Shown here piece after piece: positions 13,525 through 25,461 of a stretch of DNA of 64,000 nucleotides (positions are counted from its first letter, which is position 1; each line of letters begins with the position of its first letter). Source of the stretch: Octopus sinensis (lineage: Eukaryota); assembly GCF_006345805.1 (NCBI RefSeq), contig NC_043013.1, forward strand, positions 44,392,001 to 44,456,000, in the 5' to 3' direction. The notes beneath the pieces were generated by a model. It was not told where the DNA came from. It did no database searches and saw nothing but the letters and a program-made list of their open reading frames with translations. Made by a program: the position numbers and the translations under genes.

Positions 13525-13860
13525 TGTATCATCATCATCATCGTTTAACGTCCGTTTTCCATGCTAGCATGGGTTGGACGGTTCAACCTGGGTCTAGGAA
13601 GCCAGGAGGCTGCACCAGGCTCCAGTCTGATCTGACAGTGTTTCTACAGCTGGATGCCCTTCCTAACGCCAACCACTCTGAGAGTGTAGTGGATGTTTTT
13701 TACGTGCCACTGGCACAAGTGCCAGGGGAGGCTGGCAACGGCCACGATCAGATGGTGCTTTTTATGTGCTACCGGCATGGAAGCCAGTCAAGGTGGCACT
13801 GGCATCGGCCATGTACAGATGATGCTTTTTACATGCCACCGGCACAGGTGCCAGGGAAGA
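13525..13860. mobile_element. Family-C interspersed repeat with (CAT)n end and internal GTGCCAC repeats. Other copies: 2230-2520, 15650-16085, 26570-26800, 33840-34445, 36245-36580, 48330-48890, 60840-61090, 61340-61630, 63770-64000
   Basis: Shared (CAT)nTTTAACGTCCGTTTTCCATGCTAGCATGGGTTGG..CAGCTGGATGCCCTTCCTAACGCCAACCAC. Confidence 0.88.
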
Positions 13861-14000
13861 CAAATTCATTTTTAATGTATTGTTTGTTGATAAATGTTGA
13901 AGTGTGTAGTCAAAGTATTCAATGTTGTTCCTTCCTCTTTCTCAAGGTTGTCAGTTAATGCTGCTTACTTTTTTTTTACTGCTTGTTGTATTCTTTTTCT

Positions 14001-14184
14001 TTCTTCATTTCTGGTTCATATTCTCATGTCCGTATAGTTCCTGGTTTTCTGATTGATCTCTTAGCCTTAAAGCCTTTCTGACTGGTATATTCCAGGTGCC
14101 TGGAGATTCTTCTTGAGGCCTGAAGGTGCGTGAGACCTTCAACTTTCCCTTAAAGGAATTTAACCAGAGAACATCACATCTCTT
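14001..14184 (+). ncRNA. Candidate structured intronic RNA (snoRNA-like), copy 2
   Basis: As for copy 1; TCCAG/CTGGA hairpin perfect in this copy. Confidence 0.4.
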
Positions 14185-16289
14185 ACACAAGAAGCCTCTT
14201 TTATGACCTTAAAAATTAATGTATCAGTAGCTATCTTATAATTGGAGGAAGCTTCAAACAAATAGATCTACGACTAGGTTTCTGTTTCTGATTGAAGCTC
14301 TTTCACTTCACTTGCTAGCACGTTAAGAAAACAAGTATTCTCATCTATAAATTTCAGACCTTATTTTCTTTTACTTGGACTGCAGTCATGCTAGGGCACC
14401 ATCTTTAATGACTTTTAGTCAATCATATTGACCTCAGGACATGTTTTGAAGTCTAGTACTTAAGATGTGGAGTCAACATCAAGACAGAGACAGAGACATA
14501 CAAGCACATACATATGGGATCCTACATTGTTCCCATCTACTGTTTTCACTCATAAAGCAATGGTCAACCAGTGATTATAATAGATGTCTAAAATTCCACG
14601 CAGTGGAGCAAACCTGAGACCATATGGTTGTGAAGCATACAGCAATGCCTGCACCCCTATCTACATATTAAAGCAAAAACCCCACAATTATTATCGCAAG
14701 AGTGGCTGTGTGGTAAGTAGCTTGCTTATCAACAACATGGTTCTGGGTTCAGTCCCACTGCATGGCACCTTGGGCAAGTGTCCTCTACTATAGCCTCGGG
14801 CCAACCAAAGCCTTGTGAGTGGATTTGGTAGACAGAAACTGAAAGAAGCCTGTCGTATATATGTATATGTATGTGTGTGTATTTGTTTGTGTGTCTGCAT
14901 TTGTTCCCCCAACATCGCTTGACAACCGATGCTGGTGTGTTTACATCCCCGTAACTTAGCGGTTCGGCCAGAGACTGATAGAATAAGTACTAGGCTTCCA
15001 AAGAATAAGTCCTGGGGTCGATTTCCTCGACTAAAGGCAGTGCCCCAGCCAGGCCGCAGTCAAATGACTGAAACAAGTAAAAGAGTAAAGAGAATAACAT
15101 GAATAATATTGTGTTTGATATTATCCATTGGGTATGATAGAAGACATTCTTTAGTCAACCCATGAAAGGAAGGTTGGCACCCCTTGAGGTAGCACCTTGA
15201 ATTAGTAGTAACAATCTCTATGGTCAATGTGAACTTCAAAGCTTAGTAGAGCTGGAAAAGTGTATTATTCCCTACAACTGCTATGGCAGATGATGTCTAA
15301 AACAATCTGATACTTTCAAATGCTTTTGTTACCTTTTTTTTTCCTCATTGCTATTCTTAGTTTCAAAAATCTTTTGAATTCTGATTCACACTTTGACAAC
15401 ATGAAACGGGTATCCAGCTTTTGCCAGTAGTAAAAAGTTTTCAGAAAATCAATATCAAAAAAAATATAGGAAACAAAATCTCCAAAAATTCACAGAGCTC
15501 AGCTACCATGTCAAATAAGGCTGGATACAGTAAATCAATTGTTTATGTAGTGAAATGACATGTTTTCATGAATGCACTGAAATTCTCATTTAAATATGAA
15601 TAAGTTATCTCTGACAGTTCTGGGTATATTGGTAACATTGAAATCAAATTCGATGACTGGCATCCATGCTAGTGGGGCACAAAGAGCACCATACGAGCCT
15701 GATCGTTGACAGAGCGGCTAACCGGCTTCCGTGCCAGTGGCACATAAAAGGCACCATTCAAGTGTGATCATTACCAGCATCGCCTTACTGTCACTTGTAA
15801 AAAACATTCGAGCAAGGTCGTTGCCAGTACTGCCTGACTGGTCCCCGTGCCAGTGGCATGTAAAAAGCACCATATAAGTGTGGCCGTTGCCAGTACTGCC
15901 TGACTGGCCCCCGTGCCGGTGGCACGTAAAAGCACTCACAACACTCTCGGAGTGGTTGGCGTTAGGAAGGGCATCCAGCTGTAGATTGGAGCTTGGTGCA
16001 GCCATCTGGTTCGCCAGCCCTCAGTCAAATCGTCCAAACCATGCTAGCATGGAAAGCGGACGTTAATCAAAGATGATGATGATGTCAGAAACATTCTTGA
16101 ACAATTGTGGGTGGGTTGGTAATGAAAGGGTTAAGAAGCGAGATATGAAGTTAAACTGCATCCAATTCCATTGTTGCAGAGTGGTCTTCTGGGTAAGTTT
16201 ATCTATATCAGGATAACACAAAATAGGAGTAGCAACAGCCTGTTGATGTTTATATTGGGGTCCCCTTGATGTCATGGGATTTTAGTGGG

Positions 16290-16578
16290 TCAACACTAAC
16301 ATTTTTTTTTACGCTAAGAGTTGCTGAAGCATGGAACAGACTGCCGGCATCAGTTGTCGGAGCACTGCATCCTTCAAAACTTCCATGCTTCCTGAGATTC
16401 GCCAACACTACACCTGATTTTCTCCCCTCCATACACATGCAAGCATGTATTTGACTCATACCCTGTTCACTTCCCAGACATTTGTACATTACTGCATATG
16501 TTTTATACGCACTTTTTGACAAGTTGTGGTGCACCTGAGCACTGGATACAATAATTTCATTATTATTATTATTATATA
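16290..16578 (+). mobile_element. CR1-clade LINE 3' end (same family as 31480-31968)
   Basis: FFTLRVAEAWNRLPASVV, shared 3' UTR and (TAT)n tail. Confidence 0.85.
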
Positions 16579-19500
16579 CCAAAATAAAAAGGTCAATATA
16601 TTTTTATTAAAACCTCATTTAAATTTTAATTGTATTGAAAATTAATTAAAACTCATAGGTAGTTTACTCATTAGACATAGGGCTACAAAATAGTTTCAGT
16701 AAGCAGATCTTCTGTATTCTTCAGCAATGATGAATAAAAACCAATTTAACAAAATAAAACAACACAAAAACACATTGTTCTTATACAAGTTGTTTATTTT
16801 TTTTTATTTATTTTCCCCATAGAAAAATGTTAAGCTAAATAAATTAATAAAAAGGAAAGAAAAAAAAAAGACCCCACTTATTCACACACCACACAGACAC
16901 TCTGTCTGTCTCTCTCATACACACAGACGTACATTTATATTTGTGTATATATATTTTCAAAATGTTGATTTCTGAATTAAAAAAAAAAAAAATGATGTTG
17001 TAGAAATCCCTAGTTGACTAGAGAGGGTTAAACACGCAGTCTGCTTTTTGTAATGTTTTAATTTTTTTTTTTTTTGTTTTAAAGGAAAATTCTATCTTGC
17101 TAATATTGCACACAAGAATATCAGTGGAAGAAAGTTGGGGAAACATGAAGTCACTTGGGACTGTCAGTGAAATTATAAAAAGAGAGGAGAGATATGTTGT
17201 AACCCCATATGGAATGTCAAGCATATTTGGTCCAAGAAAAGCTCTAAGAGCTATCAGTTTACAACAACAACAATAATAACAACAACCACAAATTATACTA
17301 GCTACTGAGAAGAAGTACAAAAAACAAAAACAAAAAAGAAAAAGAAAAAAAGGGAAGTATTTCTAGAAATATACATTTGCCAAAATCACAATGGCCGAAG
17401 AAGAGTTAGGGTGTTTTCGCCTTTCGGCTGAAGAGTTGTGAGTTTGTATCCTATCACAGGTTCATGAGTTTTGCTGGACAGTTCTGGGCAGAGCACTAGA
17501 TAGAAAAAAAAAAAAATCTCATCCCCTCTTCCTTTAGTGACCCTGGCAGGAGCTAATCAAATAAGGATGGGATATGAGGGAGAGAGAGACTCAATGGTGG
17601 AACACAAAGTTATCAATGGACAGTTGTCCTATGGTTGTGTAATTCTGAAGCAGTGTGGACAAATCCTTCTCTCAATAAGAGTCCAAGTCAACAAACTTTA
17701 AGAATTCTTGAGAAAAATCTAGAAAAATAAGTAATGAATGAATTAAAAAAAGGAAAAAACAAAACTCATTAACTTTGAATTTCTAAGTCTTATTAGGTTT
17801 GGCAATGCAAACAGAACTCAACGTGTGTGTGTGTGTATGATTTCTTTTGTGTGTTTCAGCCCTGAGGCTGTGGCCATATTGGAGCACCACCAGTAACAAA
17901 GTATGCAATATTTTAAAATTTGGGTGTAAACCTTGTAGTATTCTATTTAAATCCTGTTCACTGCATTCGGCTACCTGATGTCATTAACAGTATGGATTTA
18001 AATACCTGATATCGAAAACAGTATAGATTTACTTCAGGAATTCTTTTGTGTCTGCAGAGTTTATAACATACGAGAGAAAGAGACCTGCAAGGGACTGATG
18101 CATGACAGATCAAAATGATCAAAGTGATTAATAAAAAATCTTGTGAATTCCACTTTCCTTCTCTTTCTCTCATACACACATACACGAATCGAGTTTTGTG
18201 CAAGGCCTTTGAGTCACTTTGTAATTTTGGTCCATTAAAAATAATAACAATCCTTTCTACTATAGGTACAAGGCCGGGATTTTTGTGGCGAGGGAGACAA
18301 TCAACCCCAGTACTAGACTGGTACCTTAATTTATTGATCCCCAAAAGGATGGAAAGCTAAGTCGACCTTAGTGGAATTTGAACCTAGAATGAAGTGGCAT
18401 ACAAAATACTGCTAAGCATTTCACTCAGCATGCTAATGATTCTGCCAGCTCACCACCTTAAATAATAATAATAATAATAATTAAACTCTTATTATAGGGG
18501 TACTAATATTATGAAGATTATATGAGCAATAAAACTGTGAGTTCAAAATCTTGCTGCAAATACTGTAGTAGTCTTAAGCAAGGAAAAGTTAATATAGTTT
18601 ATGGTGCCCCTATCAGTCTAGTCTTGATAGAAAAGGTGATACCGTTTGTTAAGAAACACTTCAGCTTTTCATTGTCGTATTTGTTAAATTTCTGATTATA
18701 AAAAAAAAAAAAATTTTTAAATTTAAAAACACCTGAAAGCCACAGTATAAGTATTCATATATGATTAATATATAGATTCCCGGGAAAAATTTCCTGTAAA
18801 TGATGCAAAAACTATTTTCTGATTTTCAAGATTTTCATTTCAATCTTAAAAAATAATAGCCAGATTCCCAAAACACCTTATTTAGATGATTTTGAGAAAG
18901 ACACAGAATAATAATTATTTCTCACATAGGTGCAAGGGCTCAAATTTTGGAGAAGGGCACAGCTGATATCAAAAGGCAGAGTCAACCTTGGTGGGATTTG
19001 AACTCAGTATGTACAGAGCCTGAACTGAATACTGCAAGGTATTATGTCAGATGCTCTCAAGATTCTGCCAATCCTAATAAGTATTTCTAACGTGGGCACA
19101 AGGCCAGCGAATACTGAAGGGAAAGTTAGTAACTACCACTGACCCAAGTACTTAACTGGTATTTTATTTTACTAACCCTAGAGGAATGTAAAGCAAAACT
19201 GACCTTGGCAAGGATTGAACTCGGAATGTAAAAAAAATAAGAAATACTGCAAGGCATTTTATCCAATGCTATAATGATTCTGTCCATCCTTAATGACAAT
19301 TATTATCAATATGGTGCACAAAGCCACAAACTTTGGGTGGGGTGTTACTTAGTTCAAATTCCGCCGAGGTCGACTTTGCCTTTCATCCTTTCGGGGTCGA
19401 TAAATTAAGTACCAGTTATGCACTGGGGTCGATGTAATCGACTTAATACCTATGTCTATCCTTGTTTGTCCCCTCTATGTTTAGCCCCTTGTGGGTAATA

Positions 19501-20510
19501 AAGAGATAAGTATTTTATCTTATCCATCTCAGAAAAATGGAAGGTAATGTTGGCCCCAGCAGAATTTGAACTGAGAACATAGCAAGAAGCAAAACAATTA
19601 CTGCAAAGTAGTTTGTGTGATGCTCTAACAATTCTGCCAACCACATCAGATGACTTTGATCACAAGTCTCATTTTATGTAACTTACATTATTCTTGATGA
19701 AAGGATTGACTGGCAATTTTTACATCTTGCTGAATCAATAGATTTTGTAGTAAATTTTTAGACAGAGTGAAAGATTATTTTACATGTTTCTGTTTTACAA
19801 TTATAAATGAGACACTGGAGTGAAAATTTTTTTTTTCGATTTTCCAGTTTTACACTTATTTAGACTATTCTTATTCATGTTTGACAAGTTACTTAATTTT
19901 TCTTATAGAGGCCAGTCTCAAGCTATTTTGGTCACTATTCACTTTCCATAATAATGGCAAAAAAAAAAATGTCAGATCTGTTTTAGTTTCTCTTTCTATG
20001 CATATTATAAATGTCATACACCAATATTATTGTGATGATATCATCAATGTAATTTAAAATCAGAGATTAAAATATATGGAGAAAAAAAAAAAAAATTGAA
20101 GTAAAATGAACAGTATGGAATGCAGAGTATTTTTCTTTGTAGTTTTGTATCAAATCTACAACTAAGATGATGGTGAGAATGAAGGTGATGATGATGATGA
20201 TAATAATAATAAAGAATTGACCTTTACATAATGCTACAATCCTACCATTTAATGTGACATTTAGCCAATATCACTTGCAAAAAGTCTCAATTTAAAAAAA
20301 AAAGATATATTAGTCACCAATTCTTTTAAAATATGGGCAGCAAAAACTCTGTGTGAGTGTGTGAAAGAGAGAGAGAGAGAGAGAGAGGTGTATCTTGCTT
20401 GCTACTTAAGTGGTTTCTCATTGGCCATTTCTCACCCGATTGAACATCTGGTAAGAAATTTGCCACTAGTTACAGAATGATGGCATACCTTCCAGTAAAT
20501 TCATTCATTA

Positions 20511-20541
<31 letters not shown>

Positions 20542-20587
20542 TACACATTTTTATTAGAGCTGCAAAATTTTGCAGTATGTATGTATG

Positions 20588-20628
<41 letters not shown>

Positions 20629-21369
20629 TTTTATTAGAGCTGCAAAATTTTGCAGTATGTGTATGTGTGCGTATATATATATATATATATATAATAAATA
20701 TATGCCCACATGCTTTTATTAAAACTGCAAAATTTTGCAGCTTTAATAAAATCAAATTACTTTTGGTATTCAAGTGCTATTTTTTCCACCTTGTTTTACA
20801 CGTATATACTCACCTGTGAGTATGTATATGTGAATATATATAGTCCTGGCAACTTGAAAACTGAAGTTAAATTTGACTTGAAATTAACAAAAATACACTC
20901 TATAGATATATTATGATCTGACAGCATGTTCTGTTCAGCAAAATTCAGTTATTGATAATGCTGGTTTGTTGTACTTACAAATAATTCCACAATTACAAAG
21001 GGTTTTAAAAACAACCACTGTATATTCTAATCTCTCTTCTGACGTTACATATATATACATGTGTATATATATAGATGGGAGAAAAGAATCTGTAGAAAGA
21101 GAACAAAACAGAAACTATGCCTCATAATCCTGACATTTTAGATCAGGATAGATAGAACTACAATGATTGGGGAAAACCTCAATCACATTCACCATCATCA
21201 TCATCCAATCATCCATACCACATCTACTCCATTCTTCGTCATGTCCCCTGCCACCCAGTCAGACATCACCCCTCACTGCTATTTCATTCCATTGGCAGAT
21301 TATTGCTTTAAGAAAACATAATGAAGGTAATGGTGAGGCTGTGAGAAACGGAGAAGTAGCCCTGTTGAT

Positions 21370-21465
<96 letters not shown>

Positions 21466-23569
21466 TGGCTACTTAAGGAAAGAAGGCCATAGAGTAAAAG
21501 TACTGACTTGACATAGTCTGAAAGGAATAAGAGAACAACTAGGTGTCTCTGTCCCTTATGTGCAGGATAAAACAGGAAAATGTCTTGAAGAAGAAGAAGA
21601 AGAAGACGACTGATAATAATGTTCATCTAGCAATAACAATACCTCAGTCAAACTTCATTGGCTTTGTTATCACTTTATCACACTAAATAATAATAAAGAT
21701 AATAAAGATAATAATGATTAATGCTAATAAAAGCAGAAGGCCTGAAATCTTGGTGGGGAGGAGTAAGTTGATTAAATCAACCCCAGTATTTGACTGGTAC
21801 TTTTTTTTCTTTCAAACCCAGGAAGGATGAAAAGTAAAATAGTGCTCAGTAAGATCTGAACTCAAATAATACTGATTTCTAAAACTAGCACAAGGCCACA
21901 CTTTTGAGGGGAAATTGTAATCAGTTAGGTTGACCACTGAAGGACGAACGGTGAAGTGGATCCTCAAAGCATTTACTTTTTTTTTTCATTTGTCCCAGGG
22001 TCAATAAAATAATTACATACATAGGTATACAGAAAACTGGAGTAAGGTCAGTTGATTCTATTGATCTGAAGAGGGAAGAAGGGCAAAATGAATTCAGGTG
22101 GGATTTGAATTCAAAATGTAGAGCTGTGAGAAAAACTGCAAGTCCAATCCACTGCCCTAAAAATAATAACAACAGTTATGATAATTTCTATCAGTTGGCG
22201 GGTGGGGGGGAAGAGAGAATGGGACAGGATACAATAGTTGATTACATTGACCTAAATACTTGACTTATTCTCTATTTTACAGACCCTTGGGAAGATGAAG
22301 GGCAAAAAAACAGCCAGTTATAACAACGATACTGAATTTTAATACAAGCCAGAACCAGAAATTTATTGAGAAGAGTATTAGCTGACTAAATCAACCTCAA
22401 AGAATACTACAACTACTAATACTACCAGTAATAAATTACTAAAAAAAATTTCAGGGTATTTTTTTGTTGTCGTTTTCATAAAAATTTAAAATGGAAAACA
22501 TAGAGATAATGCTTTAAATTTTCACACCTAACTTTTGTTTGCTTATTCATAATGATTTATTGTTTTGATATAAGGTTACCTACCCAGGGTGGTGGTTTGT
22601 TGGAGCTTCAGATGGGACGCCTTGCAGTATCTATTCTGGTTCTTTGCATTCTGACCACAACAACACAAGTATGAAAATGTATCATCTGTGTCTCTTTCCC
22701 TTGGATAACTATGCAAGTATGGAGAAGGTAAACTGCATGCAAGGGCAACAGTTAGTCTTCAAAAAAAATAAAGACATTATCTTGGCCTCCACCTTGTGGA
22801 AGATCTTTTTAGGTGCAGACCCCATGACCCCCACCTCTGAGTATAAGCTGTAGTCGAGCATAGTTATAGATGCACTACAAAGCTGACCTCTACAGTGAAT
22901 GGATATAGTTAAAGAAAACCCTGAAAGTACTTAATGCTACTTCAATTGTGTGTATAGGAAACATCAATACAGTTAAACTACTGATTATATATGTATTAAT
23001 TACATAAATTGGTAATTGACTATTGTTTTTTAAAACTAGAAAATACTGAAGTAAGGTTAAAATCACCACTTATATTTTTTCTCCTCAAATCCCATTTTAA
23101 CACACGTATGTACATACTATACACGAAACTGATCTAAGTCAACAGTGATACCTCAATACTTATGTAAAAACAATGTAGGATAATAACCACAATACTTTTA
23201 TAAACCACAATACTTATATAAAAGCAATATAGGATAATATAACCACAAGCTCACGCATTCATACAAAGTCAAGCAAATGTAATAACTACATACAAATACA
23301 CACAGAAAACAAAATCACCGTAACAAGACACATATACATGCTCATACATTCAAATACAGAACCAACACACAGCAACAGGGAGGGGAATTCATATAGGAGT
23401 TGTTTGTATTCTCTATCAATATGTTTGTTATCAACAAATAACAGGTGGAAAATGTTTTGCGAAAACAATTTGAAGCACCTGTCAAAACTGCCTCTGTCGT
23501 ATAGATACAACCAAACTATATAGGAGACATTTAATGTAGACTCTTAGACTTCATTTTGTTTCAGTTGAA

Positions 23570-23600
<31 letters not shown>

Positions 23601-23858
23601 CCCAAATACAGTATCAAAACTGTGTGTATACAGTATGTGTGATGTTATATCCTCATTGATTTTTATGTTGTTATTATTGTTGTTGCTAATAGTCTCCACA
23701 CCAGGAAAATGTAGAGAATATTGCTGGGAGAAAGAAGAAATTGACGAGGAAATGTTTAAAAAAATGAGAAAGAAATATAAAATAAAGAAGAAAAAAAACT
23801 GAGAGGAGGAAGAAAGGGAGACAGAGTAATGTTCAAAGTAACATTTAACATTCCATGG

Positions 23859-23933
23859 CTATAGGAATGCACTTGGATTTGCCCTCGGATCTTTCTGGTT
23901 CCGATATCGCAGTGCCAACCAAACACCAATAAT
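23859..23933 (-). CDS. TSPAN13/31: Tetraspanin-13/31 terminal coding exon, distal copy ([24 protein letters not shown])
   Basis: Acceptor tctttattctcttacag (CAG at 23934-23936), phase 0; stop TAG at 23859-23861. Family C-terminal motif intact. Confidence 0.95.
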   Translation of the reverse strand: MIGVWLALRYRNQKDPRANPSAFL

Positions 23934-25422
23934 CTGTAAGAGAATAAAGAAAGAATTAAATTATAATCTATGTGTGTGTTTGAATGTCCAAACAAGAAGG
24001 AAAAAGTACTCAATATAAGCAATGTATATAAATAAAATGTGATATAAACAGTAAATACAAAACCGTGTGTGTGGCTTGGCCTTACTTCATTGCCATTTTG
24101 AGTTTCCCATTACTCACCATAACCATCGTTTATAAAGAGCAGGCATAGGAAACCTTTTCTTTTTTGAGAAGTAGGCTACATGAGGCATGGCTCATCTATT
24201 TCTTTATTACCCACAAGGGGCTAAACACAGAGGGGACAAACAAGGACAGACATAGTTATTAAGTCGATTATATCGACCCCAGTGCGTAACTGGTATTTAT
24301 TCAATCGACCCTGAAAGGATGAAAGGCAAAGTCGACCTCGGCGGAATTTGAACTCAGAACGTAGCGGCAGACGAAATACGGCTACGCATTTTGCACGTCT
24401 CTGCCAGCTCGCCGCCTGGCATGGCTCATTATCAGACAGACTTCTCTACTAAAAAAAACTTTCAGAGTAATTTTTCATTGGGCGAGTCATTCAGAAAGTC
24501 CTGCTGGTTGCAGTTTGTCCATGACTGGTGTAGAGAAATAGTTTCCAACTTAAGGAAATACATTAGTGAAGGAAGTCTTAAGGAGTCACTGGGGATTATT
24601 ATTTTTCTGAGCAAAATAATAGGAGCTCAGGGTAACAACAAGGTGAAACTTCAGTTTTGAAAAAATGAACCCCCACCACTAGCACCACCACACACTCTCT
24701 ATATTTAATGTTTTTATGACATTTTATGTCAACTTGCTACTTTGTTTTTACTTGTCAATGACACTGAAAGTAAATCCCAGAACAATGACCGGACAGAAAT
24801 CACCGACGGAGGCCATCAGCATGGAAAACAAATAGTTTATGCATTGCTAACATAATACGCAAAAAATTGCGAACGTAATTAGCAAAAACAATTTTTTCAT
24901 TAATCAACATTCCTCCTGCAACATTAACCCGAGGGCTAAAATTAATTAAATCTACCTTTGGCAGTCATAATGACAATTCTGGACATGCAGTCACCATATG
25001 CACGTAAAATAAACAATTAAGTCAGTGCCAACATAACGTAGTAACAAGACAATGTTTAATTAATCAAAATTAATTAAGATTGCAGCAAGAAAAACATATA
25101 TCAGACAGGGGAGACAACTCTGAAAAGCCAAAATTAGAATTACGTATTTAATAGAAGAAAAGTATGGACACATTGGTAGTCGTAAAAATGCAGGATTATT
25201 AGAGATGTGATACAGAATTCTATGTAGCTAGGATATATATTTGGCAAAGCTGGTAATAAGACCATGGCCAAATGTGAAGTGTAGTCCCTCATTTTAATTG
25301 TTAATAGACCAGGATTAAAGTGAAATCTAGGACCCAACTACACAAATATTTCAGTAACCAGTCCTGACTACATTATTAGATTAAGGGTGTGTGTGTTTGT
25401 ATTCTTCTTCTTCTTTTGATGA

Positions 25423-25461
<39 letters not shown>

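Noticed and set aside
15120-15310. Possible H/ACA snoRNA (two hairpins, AAAGGA, ACA)
   Set aside because: Too short, and the hairpins lack a proper pseudouridylation-pocket geometry.
16726-16735. C-box-like ATGATGA
   Set aside because: No D box downstream.
17018-19729. Chain of possible minus-strand exons (19687-19729, 18643-18691, 18031-18082, ORF 17018-17320)
   Set aside because: Individual splice sites are plausible, but the phases do not chain consistently and no protein family is recognisable; RNA-seq is needed.
22580-22685. Minus-strand AG/GT-bounded segment encoding CCCGQ
   Set aside because: It lies downstream of both TSPAN stop codons and lacks tetraspanin context.
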